A DNA stretch of 64,000 bases from Perna viridis (Eukaryota): the NCBI GenBank assembly GCA_037379345.1, contig CM074513.1, positions 19,158,001 to 19,222,000 on the forward strand, given 5' to 3'. Positions 12,671 to 25,194 of this stretch are shown piece after piece. Under the pieces are notes generated by a model, which saw only the letters and a program-made list of their open reading frames with translations, made no database searches and had not been told where the DNA came from. Each line of letters starts with the position of its first letter. Positions within the stretch are counted from its first letter, which is position 1. The translations under genes were made by a program, and so were the position numbers.

Positions 12671-15600
12671 TAAAGTAAGTGGCTGCTAGAACTAACAATT
12701 TCAGTGAAATTCATCGCAATTTGACGTGCACTTAATAAACCGAAGATACACAACGAAAAAGGTTTTTTTAATTACCATATACATGTATTGAGCTTAATAG
12801 TTTATGTATGATCCTTTTTAAGCGAAAGGAAAAAAAGGATGCCTTGGCCGGCTGTGAGGAAAAAAGGGTTGTTGCTCTTCTCTTATTTATTAAGGAAAAT
12901 TTAAGCTGTTGTACAGTTGTATGATATTAGTTAGTACATGTATATGAGTTCATGGCAATTCAAGAACTTAATTCAACTTTAGTCTCTTTATGTAAATTTA
13001 ATCATGGTTTTGTTGAATTCCAGATAAAAATGGCGGCAGAAGGTCTATTGTTGTAAGCAAAAATGATGTCATTGCGGACTATATACCAGATGGAGATGAA
13101 AGTTTAAAAACTCAAAGGTATAATTGAATTTAAAATTTACAGATTGATGATAATGCATGCCTGTATCGAAATTTGACTTAATGCTGTTTCATTGACAAGT
13201 GATTTAAACATGCACGTAATATGGTTGTTTTAAGAAATATTGACAAGTCGTTTTGCATATTGGCATGCATGACACGAATAAATTTGTTTTATATATTTTC
13301 TGAAGAATAGGCCCTATTTAACACGACGGCTAAACTTAAACATCGTTACGTTCCGTCGTTTAAAGGGATGAGTAATTGGCTCGATTCTTTTCGTACATTC
13401 TAGGTTTGTAGTTTCCGATTGGAGTCCATGCAGCGCCACCTGTGAAAACGGAAGTAGATGGAGAGATGTTCAGTGTAAAGTTTATCTCCCTTTCTTGAAA
13501 GCCACGATAGATCTGCCCGATACTGACTGTCAAGGTACATGTACATAAACCCAGCATCGTGTTGCTTTTGGTTATACACCTAAATTGTTTAAGGCCCTAA
13601 TTGATTTATACAGAACTGTTCCAAGAAGGCGGGGTTCGGATGGTTATAAACCTTGATTTTTCAAAATATAGCAGTGTTAATTTCGTGCAAAGTTGAAATT
13701 TTGGGAAAACGAGTAAGTAATTAATAGTCTGAATCCCTTTCACAAAAAATATGAATCACCCTTTTTTAGAAATCTGGCCTAAGATTTGTTTTTGCCTGCC
13801 TTAATTACATTGTCATTTTTCAACAAGGCAGCACTATAAAAGCCAGAATGTGCCATCAAAACAAACCTGTCAAACACTTTTAAAAACATACAATGTAAAC
13901 AGTTTTTTGTTACCTACCGACCTTATTTTTAGAGCATGTAAGCAGACGTACGTTATTTCGTCTTCTTTTCCTCTGAACAGGCAATCCCGATCCTTAAAGA
14001 ATGATATTTGACGCAAGAAATAAGAAAAGACATGAAGTTAGATTCTGGGCGCAGATGAATTAATAAGTTTAAAGACAGACCAATTTCTCGTTTTAGGAGA
14101 AAAACCAATTTCAACAGAAATATGTACATCTAAACCATGCCATGAAAACTACGAGTACAGGGCATTTGGAATGACAGAATGTAGCAGGAGCTGTCTGGGA
14201 GGTTTGTTTCGGAGTTTTACGAGATAACTGCATTGCGTTGTTTTCCTCTTCCGTTTCAATTTGGTTTTATTCATACGTTTGACGTGATAGTTTACGAATA
14301 TGTTAAATGATGATTTTTTTTGGGAGGCAGCTGCAGCCTGTTCCTGTGGTTTGCGGGTTTGCTTGTTCTTAAGGAGGTAGACCTAGGGTAAGGGACATAA
14401 CTCATGAAATTAGTGATATGTTTGTATCATATTCTATTTCACCAAAGCCTACCAAGCTTACGTTTGAAGCAGAATAAAAAGAATCCAAGATGATTAAATA
14501 CTTACATAAAATTGATGTAAAATGCTGAATACAAACGTTCCAATGATTTATAAAAGTTGTATGATCCTTTATTCTCTTTATATCTTATTATGAATTCGGA
14601 ACCAAATTTTTTTTTGACTTTTATCAAAGCTGCACACTCCTAATCTCAACTGAAAACAATGGTCCTTGTATTTTTTCACCCTGGCTACCATTGGATACGC
14701 AATATTCATGCCAATGTATAAATTTTTCATTTTTGGTTTAAAAACCACCGTTATATGTTATTATCAGAATATAGGAATCGTGTTTACAGTTTTTATTTTG
14801 TGTTTCTCTTGTTTCACCAGTCATAAGAGGAATACAAGAAAATATCTAAAGTAATCTTTCTGTCAATACCTACAGTGGCCGTAAAATACAAGTACATATA
14901 ATATTCAAGTTTAGTAAGAAAACATCAAATAAAAATTTTACCTGAAAATGTTTTAAAATCTTGCATTTATTATACATGTATGTAACTAAGCATACATACT
15001 CTACTTCGTAGGTGTCCAAGAAAATATTGTCAAGTGCGTTGACAAGACGACAAACAAGCCTGTATCCAGTAAGAACTGTCTGGAGGCTCCAACAATACCA
15101 AGCGAGAGACATGTCTGCAATGATATTAACTGCCCTCAAAGGTAAAAAAATGACCATCATGTTTCGTGTGTCTGTTATGTCACTTACTACATTATATGAT
15201 TGATTGATTATTGAGGTTTAACGCCCGAGCAGCAATATTTCAGCTATATTCAGGCCATGAACATGAAATGTATGATAAAATGAACATGAAATGATGATGA
15301 AATGAAAAAAGAAATGGAACACAAGGATAATAGGGTCAACAAATTTTGATTGCCACTAGAAAAAAGAGAGGGGTGGGTATGGTCGGCCAATCTAGCCTCC
15401 TGTAGCGGAGCGCAAAGATTCCTACTCCTATCGAATACCACAGCAAGGTTCTTTAACGTGCTAGGAACGTGGCATCTTTCCCAACACGATGCACAACTAT
15501 AGTTTGCGGTCAGGTTTTCCGTATTCAAGCCTGACGACCCCAGAATGTAACACACCAGGGGTACCCCATTCCACCGCCTGGGGCACACAACCTAGTTGTT

Positions 15601-18600
15601 CTGTGGGCAGAGCGTCCTAGCCCCCGGCTAGGGTTCTGAGTACTATTTAGTCGCCTTTTACGACAAGCTTAGCGCTGCTGCAGGTCTATTCATTGTTTTT
15701 CAACAAACGGTCGACATTCCAATGGGAATAAATTGTGCTACTTTACTTGCTGACATATTCCTTCACTCTTATGAAGCTGACTTTATAGCTGATCTGATCC
15801 GAAAGAAAGAATATCGGATGGCTAGATCCTTTAATCTCAGTTTCCGCTATATAAATGACGTATTATCTTTAAACAATCCTAATTTCGGGGATTCGATACA
15901 TCGCAACTACTCTAAAGAACTTGAGATAAAGGATACAACAGACACTGTAAAGTCAGCCTCCTATCTTGACCTACACATAGAAATCGATGGTGAAGGAATA
16001 CTATTGACCAATTTTTACGACAAACGTGATGACTTTTCATTCAAAATTGTCAACTTTCCTTTCATCTGTGGCAACATCCCTTCAGCAACTGCGTATGGAG
16101 TGTTCATATCACAACTCATACGTTATGCCAGAGCTTGCCGAAACTACGCAGACTTTTTGCATCGCGCTAGAACTCTAACAAATAGGCTTCAGGAGCAGGG
16201 CTATGTTGCTACAAGATTGAAGTCATCACTACAGAAGTTTTATGGTCGTTATCATGAACTCGTGGATCGTTATGGTGTATCCATCAGCACCATGAGAACT
16301 GATTTATTCAAAGGGTCATAGTTTTCCTTTCCTCGTTTGTCTACCCCGGACTTGACTTTTTATGAGCAACTCGGCGTGTGTTTCTAGAAAAAGCAGAGGA
16401 CGCTTACCCTACCGGTGCACCTGGTCCATGCTCCCAGTTTTTAGTGGAGTCCGAGTTGCTGATTTGCTTTTGTTAGTTTGTATGTATGATTTTGGTTAAT
16501 TCATGTTCTTTGTTGTGTATGTCTGTTTTCCGTGTCTGGTGTTTGTCATGGATTCCATTCTTTTGGTTGCCGCTGTAGCCTTGGTTCCGTTGATTACTCT
16601 TTGACATCCGAACCTGCACGGGACCTACATTATATGATAGAAGACTGCACAAATTCCCTGACCTCTATTTGTTCACATGCAAATATAGTCACACATTTCT
16701 CACTTTTTTACTAGACAGAATGATTTCATATTTAATTTGGTACGAATATTTTTAGTTATATTTTTCCTATTTGTAGACCGCAACTATATTATACAGTATT
16801 AGACCAATTTTATTAGTTATTTTGACAACTTTAAAGACTTTTTCCTGCAGATTGTAACCATTTCCAAGGCAGATGGTTGCATTGTCCTAACACGGATTCA
16901 AATTCAATAATACAAAAGAACGTCAGAACATAGCAACAACAGATGTTCCATTTTCACATGTTCAAAGTTAACAAAGTAAATTGCCTGGAGTTACTTGAGT
17001 ATTTAGATTGCTTTAGTAGACCCTTTTGTGGTAAGTTGGTGAGCATGCTCAATATACACTTCCGCGAGGTAGAGCTTGGGTAGAATAAAAGAATTTTCTT
17101 CGCGGAAGTGTATATTGAGTATGCTCTAAGCATGCTCATCGACTACCCCAACGTTAGCACAAAAGGGTATATTAGTGTTTTTTTTATTCACCATACATTT
17201 GTTAATAGTAACATGTATTTATAAAAAGATGAGGCGAACTGAGATCCAAGTGGTTTTTTTCAACTTTTTTGTATGAAAGGATCTTGTTTAAACGTTAAAA
17301 TGAGACATTTAAAATAAGATATTGAATACTTGTAGCAGCAATAGATAGAAGTTACGATAATACAAATGAGATCAGCTCTAATCTCTCAAAACCTGTTCTA
17401 GAATTGAGAGAAGAACAGTTCTATGACAAATTTAGAACAATTCTCGGACAAGTCCTGAGCCACCTCTTCTGACAGTTCTAGCAGAGCCGGGTCTACCAGT
17501 AGAACTGTTGTTCTCGTGGATATGGCTCTATCAGTAGAAATATTCTCGTTGAGCCCACTCTGCCAAAACCGTCAGAAGAGCTGGATCTAATAGTAGTTCT
17601 CTTAGAGTTTTTTTTTGCTAGTAAACTGTTATAAGAGCTGACTTTGAAACTGTTCTCTGACACTTTTTGAAATCTCCTAGAGCCGGCTCTTCTGACAGTT
17701 TCCCTAAAAATTAGAACTGATCTCAGCTGTAGTTTTATAAAAGAAAATATACCATATTCTAATGTACTGCATGAATATACTAGTACCACTGAGTTCAGGT
17801 AAAATATCAGTATCATTCGGTAAACAACAAAACAAAACAATATGAAAACAACCTCACCAATGAATATTTAGATAAGATGAAGTACTGACGTATTCATTTC
17901 GTGTGTTTTTACTTCAAGGTGGATAGTTGGAGATTTCGGGGAGTGTAGTGCAAGTTGTGGTGGAGGGGTAATGAACAGGCCTGTTGAGTGTATACAAGAG
18001 TTCGCAGATGGTCCTGAAAGTGTTCTAAGACTTCCTGACTTCATGTGTTCTGATATTAAGCCACAGACTAAAAGACGATGCAATGTGATTGAGTGCCCTG
18101 CTGGTTGGGACACTGGAAATTGGTCGAAGGTAATCATGTTAGTACCTGTAGTCACACACTAAGTCTTATTTAGTAAATTTTAGTAAATTGAATTATGATC
18201 TGAATTCAGATTTACGTGCTTCAACGATATTATTATTTGTCTATATGCAATGTAGGGAAACTAGTCGAAACAGCAATAACAGGATACACAAAAAAAAATG
18301 CTTTGGTTGAAAATGGAAGAGAAATAAAGAAGAAATTTCAGTTACACTATATACACACATATCGTCAAATAAGGTAATCTTTTATTAAACAATTAATCTA
18401 TTAATGTTCTAATTTTTTTTTTATTGTACTGAAGTTTTCAATGTAACATTTTACTCTGTTAGAACAATAAGTCTATGAAGAGCACATTAAGTAAAATAAA
18501 TAAAGACTAGTACGAATGCATATCTATTTTGCAAATAAGCTTGTAAGAAGAATGTTGCGTGTTTGTTTGTTGATTTTTACCTGTTTGTTTATTAGTGTTC

Positions 18601-21600
18601 GGTCTCCTGTGGTAATGGGTACAAAACGAGAGATGTAATGTGCACGAAGACATTGGCTACTGGAAGGCATATAAACACCACGGACTATTTCTGCTCAGAA
18701 ATTCCAAGGCCTGAGTCCACGAAAGAATGTAAACTATCAAAGTGTCCGAAACCTGTTATCAAATCTACAGATGCACATTTCTTTCAGCTAAATAAACTAA
18801 GAAAAATTAAGCTGAAAGTCGGAATGAATGCGTCGTTGTTACCAGGCACGAGCCTGATATTACATTGTCCCACAAAGGGGGTAGACAAAAGAACGATCAC
18901 GTGGTACAAAGATGGCATGCCGCTTCCAATAGGACGGCGTATAAAGTTGTCGAGGAAGCGTTCATTAAAAATAAAGAAATCAAAAGTAGATATAGATAAT
19001 GGACTTTACACGTGCAAAGCTGGTACTTTACGCGCTAGCACGTACATAAAATTTTTGACTGTTTATGATATTTTTAAAGCTACAGTATTTAGAGAGGATT
19101 ACTTAACTCATCTTTCTGATTCTCGTTTGAGGTCAAAGAGTGACTATTCTGTTGTACATAAAGACCCTGTTGATCGAAAATTTAAACATTTGCATCTTGT
19201 ATATAGTAAATGGCAGCACTGTTCCGTTTCCTGTGGGGGAGGTCTCCAGGCACGAAATGTAACTTGTGAAATTATCACAAAAGACTATTTTGAGGAATTC
19301 CCATTGAAAAATTGCTTGAAAGCAGGGCATACTCAGCCTCTTGTTATCAGAAGTTGTAATATCCAATCGTGTGCTGAGTGGAAGACAGGGGAATGGAACG
19401 AGGTATTATGCTTAAAGAAATCGTTAGTAAATTAAGTACCATTCCGAATAAATAATACATGTAACAATATAGTGGCAATTATCGTTTTTTTTTTTTTTTT
19501 TTTTTGGATTTATTGAATTTGTATATTGAAGGAAGTTAAATACTTAATTATTCAAATCCTTGTCACGGACAGTGTTTAAAATCGTTCTCAACACAATTTA
19601 GTTACGGTACCTAAAACATATTGTTATCATTATATGTTATATTTTAATTTTTTTGTATTTTTTCATGGTGTCTTTTGACTTAACCTGTTCAAACTGTCAG
19701 AATGATGATATGGAAAACTCTCTCCATTCAAAATGAAGTCGGGTTAAATGGATTTACTGTATATTTTAGTGTACAGACTTGGCATGTGCTAGAAAAGGCG
19801 TAGCTATACAAACCCGTCAGGTAAAATGTTTAGACTCACTTAACAAAGCAGTTGTGAATGAAAGCCTATGCCAGCCAGCAAACAGACCTCCTGTAATAGA
19901 GAAAGAATGTATGCATGAAAATTGCACAGCTATGTGGAACGTATCGGCTTGGTCAGAGGTAATACAGTGCAAATCGGATATTATGTGTTTGTACTTGGTT
20001 TTTGATAAAAAAATTTAAAAATGTAGTAAAAGTTCATGAGTAGAATTAATCTTCTTTTTTGCATTTTAAACTATAGTATTAAGTAGCAGTCTTTCTAAAA
20101 ATCAGACAGAAGGTGATTCATCCATTTAAAAAAAAAATACCTAATTCAGTTTTATTTCTTGTTCAGGGGCAGTCACTGATCACATAACCAGTCTTAGTTT
20201 TTCATTTGGTTGTTGGGCTTTTGAGAAAAAAATATATATAGATTGTACATGGAATTTGCACTTTGTTAGAGTTATCGTTCTTGAATTGGCTACATTTGGT
20301 TGATTTTAGTGGGAGATAAATGTATGATTTTCTAAAAAAAAAGGCAGATCTGAATGCAGAAAATCTTATCGTTATATGAAAGTATACAGCATATGTAGAC
20401 TGGAAAAGCATCGTTTCTTTGGTGGGTTTTTCTGCATCATGAATCACTTTACCATTGGCAGTGTCTGAATTTTATATGGACTGATACTTAATTGAAACAT
20501 ATAGTGTAAATTACGGGTAGTATAATCTAGTGGGAGACAGTTTGTGCAGTTTCAGATTTTTAGTTCAAGCGTCCACCTGTTTTTCGGTCTTTAACGTATG
20601 CGGAGTAGGAGTGAGCTAAATTGAATTCACATTAAGGTTACTTATGTGGAGAGCATGATAAATTGAATGCTCGATGAACAGTGATATTGCCTGAAATGTT
20701 GATAATGCCTCGAGTCGCGAGTGAAGATATAAACTCTTTCGAAGAGCATACATTACATACTTCCGTGATATACGGCTTGGGTAGATCAAACTAATTTTCC
20801 TAGCGAAAGAAATTAAGTATACATTGAGCATGCTCCACGCATGCTTATCAACTATCCCACAGTAAAAACGAAAGGGTCTGTTATCAATGTTATGTTGAAA
20901 AAAATATCACTACACAAGGGCAGTCAATATATCGATAATACCATCTACATAAGCAACTGTTATGTTTATTTCAATAAAGACTCTGGAGCTGATATAAATA
21001 TCATGTGGTAATGCACTGTGTGGAAATTACTACCAAATGAGCATGTTTTTGAACCAATGAGAGTAGCTCATTCTTCTCTGATATAGAATAAACAAAAATA
21101 ACGCATACTTGTACATGTAGTTTTACGTATGGTTGCTTATTATAAATAAACAAGCGTTTTTACAACAACAACAAAAAAAAAAACAACAAACGTTTTATGT
21201 GAAAAAGTTAAAATACACTTTAAACAGCTTAACATTAAAATAATGTCTGTTATCTCCCTTACACCAGATCTCCTTCTTTTTAACAGTGTAAAGGGGAATG
21301 TGGAAAAAAAGGCTATGCTGACCGAGCCGTTAGTTGTGTATGGAAAAGTTCAGGATTACCCGCCGGTCAGTTTTGTAAACACCTACCTCAACCAAAGACA
21401 CGTAACTCGTGTCAGGTTCCGAAATGCAAACCAGGTGAGAAAATTGAAATAGAAGTTGTCCATAACATACAGTCATGTATCAAAGAGTGTTGTAAGCTAA
21501 ACTACTTTTGCAATATGTCACAAAAAGGAATACTGCCAAATCGAAGAATAAAGTCTAAACAATAGTGTTCTCAAAGTAACCATAAAAGTATTTAGTAGTT

Positions 21601-22695
21601 GGCAAAACAATTTGAAATGTGTCAAATACATGTAAGTATGGCCAAAAATAGCAAAGCATCAAACAGAAAGTCAGTTCAGAGATATTGGAATACAAATACA
21701 TGGCCGAAACGTGAAAACATATATACATAATGAGTTGCAGGGCTCGGAATATAAATATATATTTTAAGCAAATTTTCGATTGTTTGGTCTGTGAAATGAA
21801 ATGATAGCTAGTGTTTATTTACGTTGTTCTAAATTCACGCGTTAATCACATTATAAATTCCTGCAACCCATGTCCTGCCAGTATGAGAGAAAGAGAGAGC
21901 ACAGGTCTTGAACCCAAATCCACCCGTGAACTCCACTGCAACATGATTTTATTTTAACATCATTATAAACAAAATCTTTCATTTTCCTCCTCATTTGATG
22001 GCAACAATCCTCAATTATAATAATTTCAAACGTTACACGCAGCTTAATATTTCCACGTCATTTTTTACATGTATGTATTCTCGCTACACATTTTCACGTG
22101 TGTCTTGGGGAAAGGGAGTGTGCAATTAAGTCCCTGCTTGAGATCATTGCTACTGCAGGTTTTAAAGCTTTCAAATTTACCCGTAGAATATATAATTTTC
22201 CGTGCTTAAAACATTTTTTCGTACCCATGTACAAGTTCTGCTCGATAAAACCTTCTTGTCCTGAGTTGCATAAACATTTAAATCTAAATCTATCGAAAAC
22301 TGCATAATAATGAAAGTCCGATGCTCATGCAATATATATTGCCACTTTTATCGTCTATGTTGGTCTTGGGCAGTAGAGGTACAATACTGACTTTTACAAG
22401 ACTTAGTGACGTCTCAGAGTTTTCAATACACCATTCAAACAAAGGACGGCCATTCTAACTTCTGAACGGATATCGAAAATGCCGTTTTCCGGAAGATCTT
22501 CAAGAACATATAAGTTTGAGTTAAATTGTTGATACCAATATCATATAAACTCGTTTTTTTTCAGAGTGCACTGATTATTCTACTTATTGTAGCATTGCAA
22601 AATTAATGAATTTGTGTCGGTATAGAAGTTTCAAGAAGAAATGTTGTGTGACTTGTGGCAATGATGAATCGGTAGCAGTTAAAGATGGCGCCTGA
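7648..22695 (+). CDS. madd-4: ADAMTS-like protein (ADAMTSL1/3 / MADD-4 / punctin family), spliced and 5'-partial: TSR1, Cys-rich, 7x TSR, Ig, 3x TSR, PLAC
   Basis: Exons joined by hand with GT-AG ends and matching phases: 7648-7824, 8097-8330, 8818-8965, 9310-9439, 9974-10184, 11174-11333, 12095-12127, 13024-13117, 13404-13534, 14097-14201, 15012-15141, 17919-18129, 18596-19402, 19770-19958, 21287-21434, 22565-22695 (3039 nt, open frame to TGA). No metalloprotease domain. Motifs CKVYLPFLKATIDLPDTDCQG and FFQLNKLRKIKLKVGMNASLLPGTSLILHCP resemble ADAMTSL1/3 as I recall them. Confidence 0.88.
8097..8330 (+). CDS. ADAMTSL exon: cysteine-rich module (PCSLYCKA...KVLDGTRC...MCVNGEC)
   Basis: ttccag acceptor, TGG|gtttgt donor. 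The frame differs from the listed ORF; the VxDGTxC motif is the classic ADAMTS one. Confidence 0.9.
8818..8965 (+). CDS. ADAMTSL exon: end of Cys-rich module (VGCDHVLNS...DKCGKCGGDG) and start of TSR2
   Basis: atgcag acceptor, G|gtaact donor. Confidence 0.9.
9310..9439 (+). CDS. ADAMTSL exon: TSR2 C-terminal half
   Basis: catcag acceptor, AG|gtaatt donor, GVRQTHFVC...CFLKPCP. Confidence 0.85.
9974..10184 (+). CDS. ADAMTSL exon: TSR3 and start of TSR4
   Basis: tttcag acceptor, GAT|gtatgt donor, WRVGPWKECTVSCGGG. Confidence 0.9.
10291..10493. mobile_element. TTAA-flanked MITE family B (about 215 bp)
   Basis: Consensus ttaa|GGAGGTAGACCTAGGGTAAGGGAC ... GTCCCTTACCCTAGGTCTACCTCC|ttaa; this copy is degenerate. 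Confidence 0.65.
11174..11333 (+). CDS. ADAMTSL exon: TSR4
   Basis: ttacag acceptor, G|gtatgt donor, CSGTCGIGYQRREVKC. Confidence 0.9.
12095..12127 (+). CDS. Putative 33-nt symmetric micro-exon of ADAMTSL (DKPVMDMGRRK)
   Basis: T-rich tract plus taag acceptor, AAG|gtaaga donor, phase 1-1, stop-free in frame. Confidence 0.55.
13024..13117 (+). CDS. ADAMTSL linker exon (DKNGGRRSIVVSKNDVIADYIPDGDESLKTQR)
   Basis: ttccag acceptor, AAG|gtataa donor; needed to bridge phase 1 to phase 2. Confidence 0.75.
13404..13534 (+). CDS. ADAMTSL exon: TSR5 (FVVSDWSPCSATCENG...)
   Basis: ttctag acceptor, G|gtacat donor. Confidence 0.9.
14097..14201 (+). CDS. ADAMTSL exon: end of TSR5, start of TSR6 (YEYRAFGMTECSRSCLG)
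   Basis: ttttag acceptor, G|gtttgt donor. Confidence 0.85.
14373..14570. mobile_element. MITE family B copy
   Basis: ttaa|ggaggtagacctagggtaagggac; right end degenerate. Confidence 0.7.
15012..15141 (+). CDS. ADAMTSL exon: TSR6 (GVQENIVKCVDK...CNDINCPQ)
   Basis: tcgtag acceptor, AG|gtaaaa donor; frame differs from the listed ORF. Confidence 0.85.
15197..15691 (-). mobile_element. SINE-like non-autonomous retroposon, 5'-truncated
   Basis: Minus strand: GTCGTAAAAGGCGACTAA hairpin, GCACGTTAAAGAACC (Deu/Nin-domain-like motif), tail atatagctgaaatattgctgctcgggcgttaaac...(tcaa)n; the same tail recurs at 36811-36870. Confidence 0.55.
15692..16602 (+). mobile_element. Penelope-like retroelement (Naiad-type, C-terminal RT), 5'-truncated, intronic
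   Basis: RT motifs FQQTVDIPMGINCA..LADIFL, FRYINDV (YIDD mutated), SASYLDL, YDKRDDF, AYGVFISQLIRYARAC. The stop follows the RT thumb with no C-terminal GIY-YIG; about 280-bp 3' UTR ending GATTACTCTT. Confidence 0.8.
17015..17172. mobile_element. Small palindromic MITE (tagaccc...gagcatgctc...aagggt)
   Basis: Inverted termini; related pieces at 11398-11520 and 20740-20880. Confidence 0.45.
17362..17730. mobile_element. Internally repetitive MITE-like element
   Basis: tgagatcagctctaat ... attagaactgatctcagctg inverted ends; repeated ctcttctgacagtt units. Confidence 0.45.
17919..18129 (+). CDS. ADAMTSL exon: TSR7 and start of TSR8
   Basis: ttcaag acceptor, AAG|gtaatc donor, WIVGDFGECSASCGGG. 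Confidence 0.9.
18596..19402 (+). CDS. ADAMTSL exon: TSR8, Ig-like domain, TSR9
   Basis: attag acceptor, GAG|gtatta donor; Ig motifs LHCP...ITWYKDG...DNGLYTC. Confidence 0.92.
19770..19958 (+). CDS. ADAMTSL exon: TSR10
   Basis: ttttag acceptor, GAG|gtaata donor, IQTRQVKC. Confidence 0.88.
20083..20489. mobile_element. TTAA-flanked MITE family D
   Basis: ttaa|gtagcagtcttt..aatcagacag ... tgtctgaatttt..ggactgatac|ttaa; copies at 43408-43806 and 44116-44387. Confidence 0.7.
21287..21434 (+). CDS. ADAMTSL exon: TSR11 (CKGECGKKGYADRAVSCVW)
   Basis: taacag acceptor, G|gtgaga donor. Confidence 0.88.
22565..22695 (+). CDS. ADAMTSL terminal exon: PLAC domain (CTDYSTYCSIAKLMNLCRYRSFKKKCCVTC) and stop
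   Basis: tttcag acceptor, PLAC cysteine pattern, TGA at 22693-22695; AATAAA near 23128 and 23884. Confidence 0.9.
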
Positions 22696-23529
22696 AAATT
22701 TGTATGACTTACACTGTATGCAAAAGTATTGATTTTTTATCTATGCAATTGACAAATGTCTGATATTTTGTAACTGTTTACATAAATCAATATCATAATT
22801 TGTAAAACGTACATAAGGCCATCTGAAAATATGCTTTTGTCTTATGCCCTGGGCTACTTCATCTTTTGGTTTCCGTATGCCTTATCTAATCGCCATAGTA
22901 GTGAATGAAAAAAAATGGTAAAGTTGTTGTTTTGTGAAAGTAATGCATATTGTGCAAAAAGGGGATACACGACGACTCGGATGAGGAATCAGTTTTGTGA
23001 TCCACTTTCGACAAGGATGAGTAATAATAATTTGTGCACTTTCAGTAGTTTTTTTTTTTTTTATCTTTTTTTAATCACTTATTCAATTACAAATGTAAAA
23101 ATCTTTGAATAATGCAAATTAATATGAAATAAAGCTCTCCCTCACGATTCGGTGTATACAAATACATCAAACAAGGATGCAGAACCGGAGACTTTAGATA
23201 AATGTTCGGTTTATAATGGGTTCAATTAAGATAAGTTTGAATTGAAACTTTATTGCAAATAACACATCAAACAGTGGTGGGTCCGGGACGGGGAGGGATC
23301 TGGGATCACGAACACCTCTGTTTTTTTTTCAGTTTTTGTTGATTCTGTTCAAAATGTGGGCAAACATGAGCCCTCATATCCCCTTTTTCTGAAATCCATC
23401 CATTGAACCCTCCTTTTCAAATTCTCTGGATTCATGTTAGTTTACAGTTAAAATATTAAATTGACGGAGAAAACCGGTTTTACAGGGGAATAATCAAAAT
23501 AACAAGTGCTATTTTTTACAGCTATTTAA

Positions 23530-23746
23530 GAAGGTAGACCTAGGATAAGGGACATAACTCTTAAAATCAGTGATATGATTGTATCATATTCAATTTCACC
23601 AAAGCCTTTTCAAGCTTTTACTTGAAACAGAATGAAATCAGTCGAAGTTACTTAGATGCTTACATGAGACTGATGTAAAATGGTGACTGCAAACGTTCCA
23701 ATGATTTGTAAGACTGAGTTGTGTCCCTTAACATAGGTCTACATCC
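23530..23746. mobile_element. MITE family B copy
   Basis: TTAA on both sides, both TIRs present. Confidence 0.75.
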
Positions 23747-24334
23747 TTAACACTATTGGCGAAATGATGTCATACTTACAATCTGTTGTACTGTATTTTT
23801 TTTATTCAAATTACTGCATTAATAGTATTTTGAAATTGTTTATGGGTACTCTAAAACATATAATATTTGTTTTACATGTTTTCAATAAAGTCGCTGGAAA
23901 AAAATTAACTTTGTTTGTATTTGCAATAGTTATTTGTTAGACGAGTATTCCGAGTTATTCTGGATCTATTGATATCTCGACTCACGATGGAGTTGTCTTT
24001 CTTTGCCCATCTGATCACTATTTTTCTTTTGCGTGTAAACATTTGTTTAATGGCATGTATATGTATTCTTATTGACCCTTTAGAATAAATACATATTTCT
24101 TTTTCTGTTTTATTTCTACTCTCGTTACTAAGATCTTACTGCATATGATTCCGTAAAAACAGTAAAAAAACGAAAGAAAGAAAAAAGAAATGCGTTCTTA
24201 TGGTAAACTGTTGTTTTTTTCTGTTTTACATCGATATGAAATGGAGAATAGCATGCATGATCTAATAGAAAATTTCATATCACACGCAAGCGCAGTGATA
24301 CACTTAATGTGTCTGCCGGGAAATTTCGCCTACA

Positions 24335-24801
24335 GGTTACAGACCACCAATTCAACCAATGAGCATTTGGAACGTACGCAAAAATAGTCCTACGCAGAAA
24401 TTACCCCTGTTCCTCATAGTGCTGTGAAAAAAGTTCTCATCTTATTTAAAAAATTTAAACAGTTTCTGAAAGGAAAAACATTTCTGTACATTTTATAGGT
24501 GCATTTTGCTTCTTGTGATGTGAGGCCTAATCTCCATAATGATTTTTAAATATACCCCTATCTTGTGAAAACACTGGGATTTCCCATGCTATTTATAGAC
24601 CTTTCACTTCTGGTGACCAGTACTGCACTGCAAGTCTGCTAACCCCACATGCCATTCTGAGGATTGTGAGCTGACATATGTAGAATCATGCTGATATATA
24701 GTCCTCTGCAGGTTAAAGTTAAGGTAAAGTCCAGAGAAGCCATTGAATACTGTGAAATTAGCATAGAAGCCTATGGAAAGTGGAATTGGTGGTTTTTAGC
24801 C
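24335..24801. mobile_element. Second copy of the 2524-2985 element, TACA TSD
   Basis: taca|GGTTACAGACC...GGTTTTTAGCC|taca. Confidence 0.8.
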
Positions 24802-25194
24802 TACATGTACTACATGTGCATATGGTTTTGAGTTATGTGCTAATATTTTCTGTGGAAGCAAGGTTGTAGCTAGTACTTTACAGACTTTACATCTAGTTTT
24901 ATTTTGTATGTTTGTTGTTGGACTATTTCATTTTTTATCAATTTAGAACGATATCGAAGATCAGGATTTATATAACAGTCGTCAGACCCTATAGATTTGT
25001 AAAGCCTGTTAGCATCTGTAACAGTTACAACAAAAATGTATCTCTTACACCGCCACAACAAAGTAGCTACATTGACACATAACGTTAAGATTCAAATGCA
25101 AACATAGGTCCTCTTTACAGTTATTTCTAAATTTTAATTCAATGTTACTCACACCAATACACAAAACCAAAACTTTTATTTACTCCGAACTTAA

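Noticed and set aside
15722-16321. 199-aa ORF as a host gene or active RT
   Set aside because: Truncated PLE fragment with the catalytic YIDD changed to YIND; multi-copy in this window.
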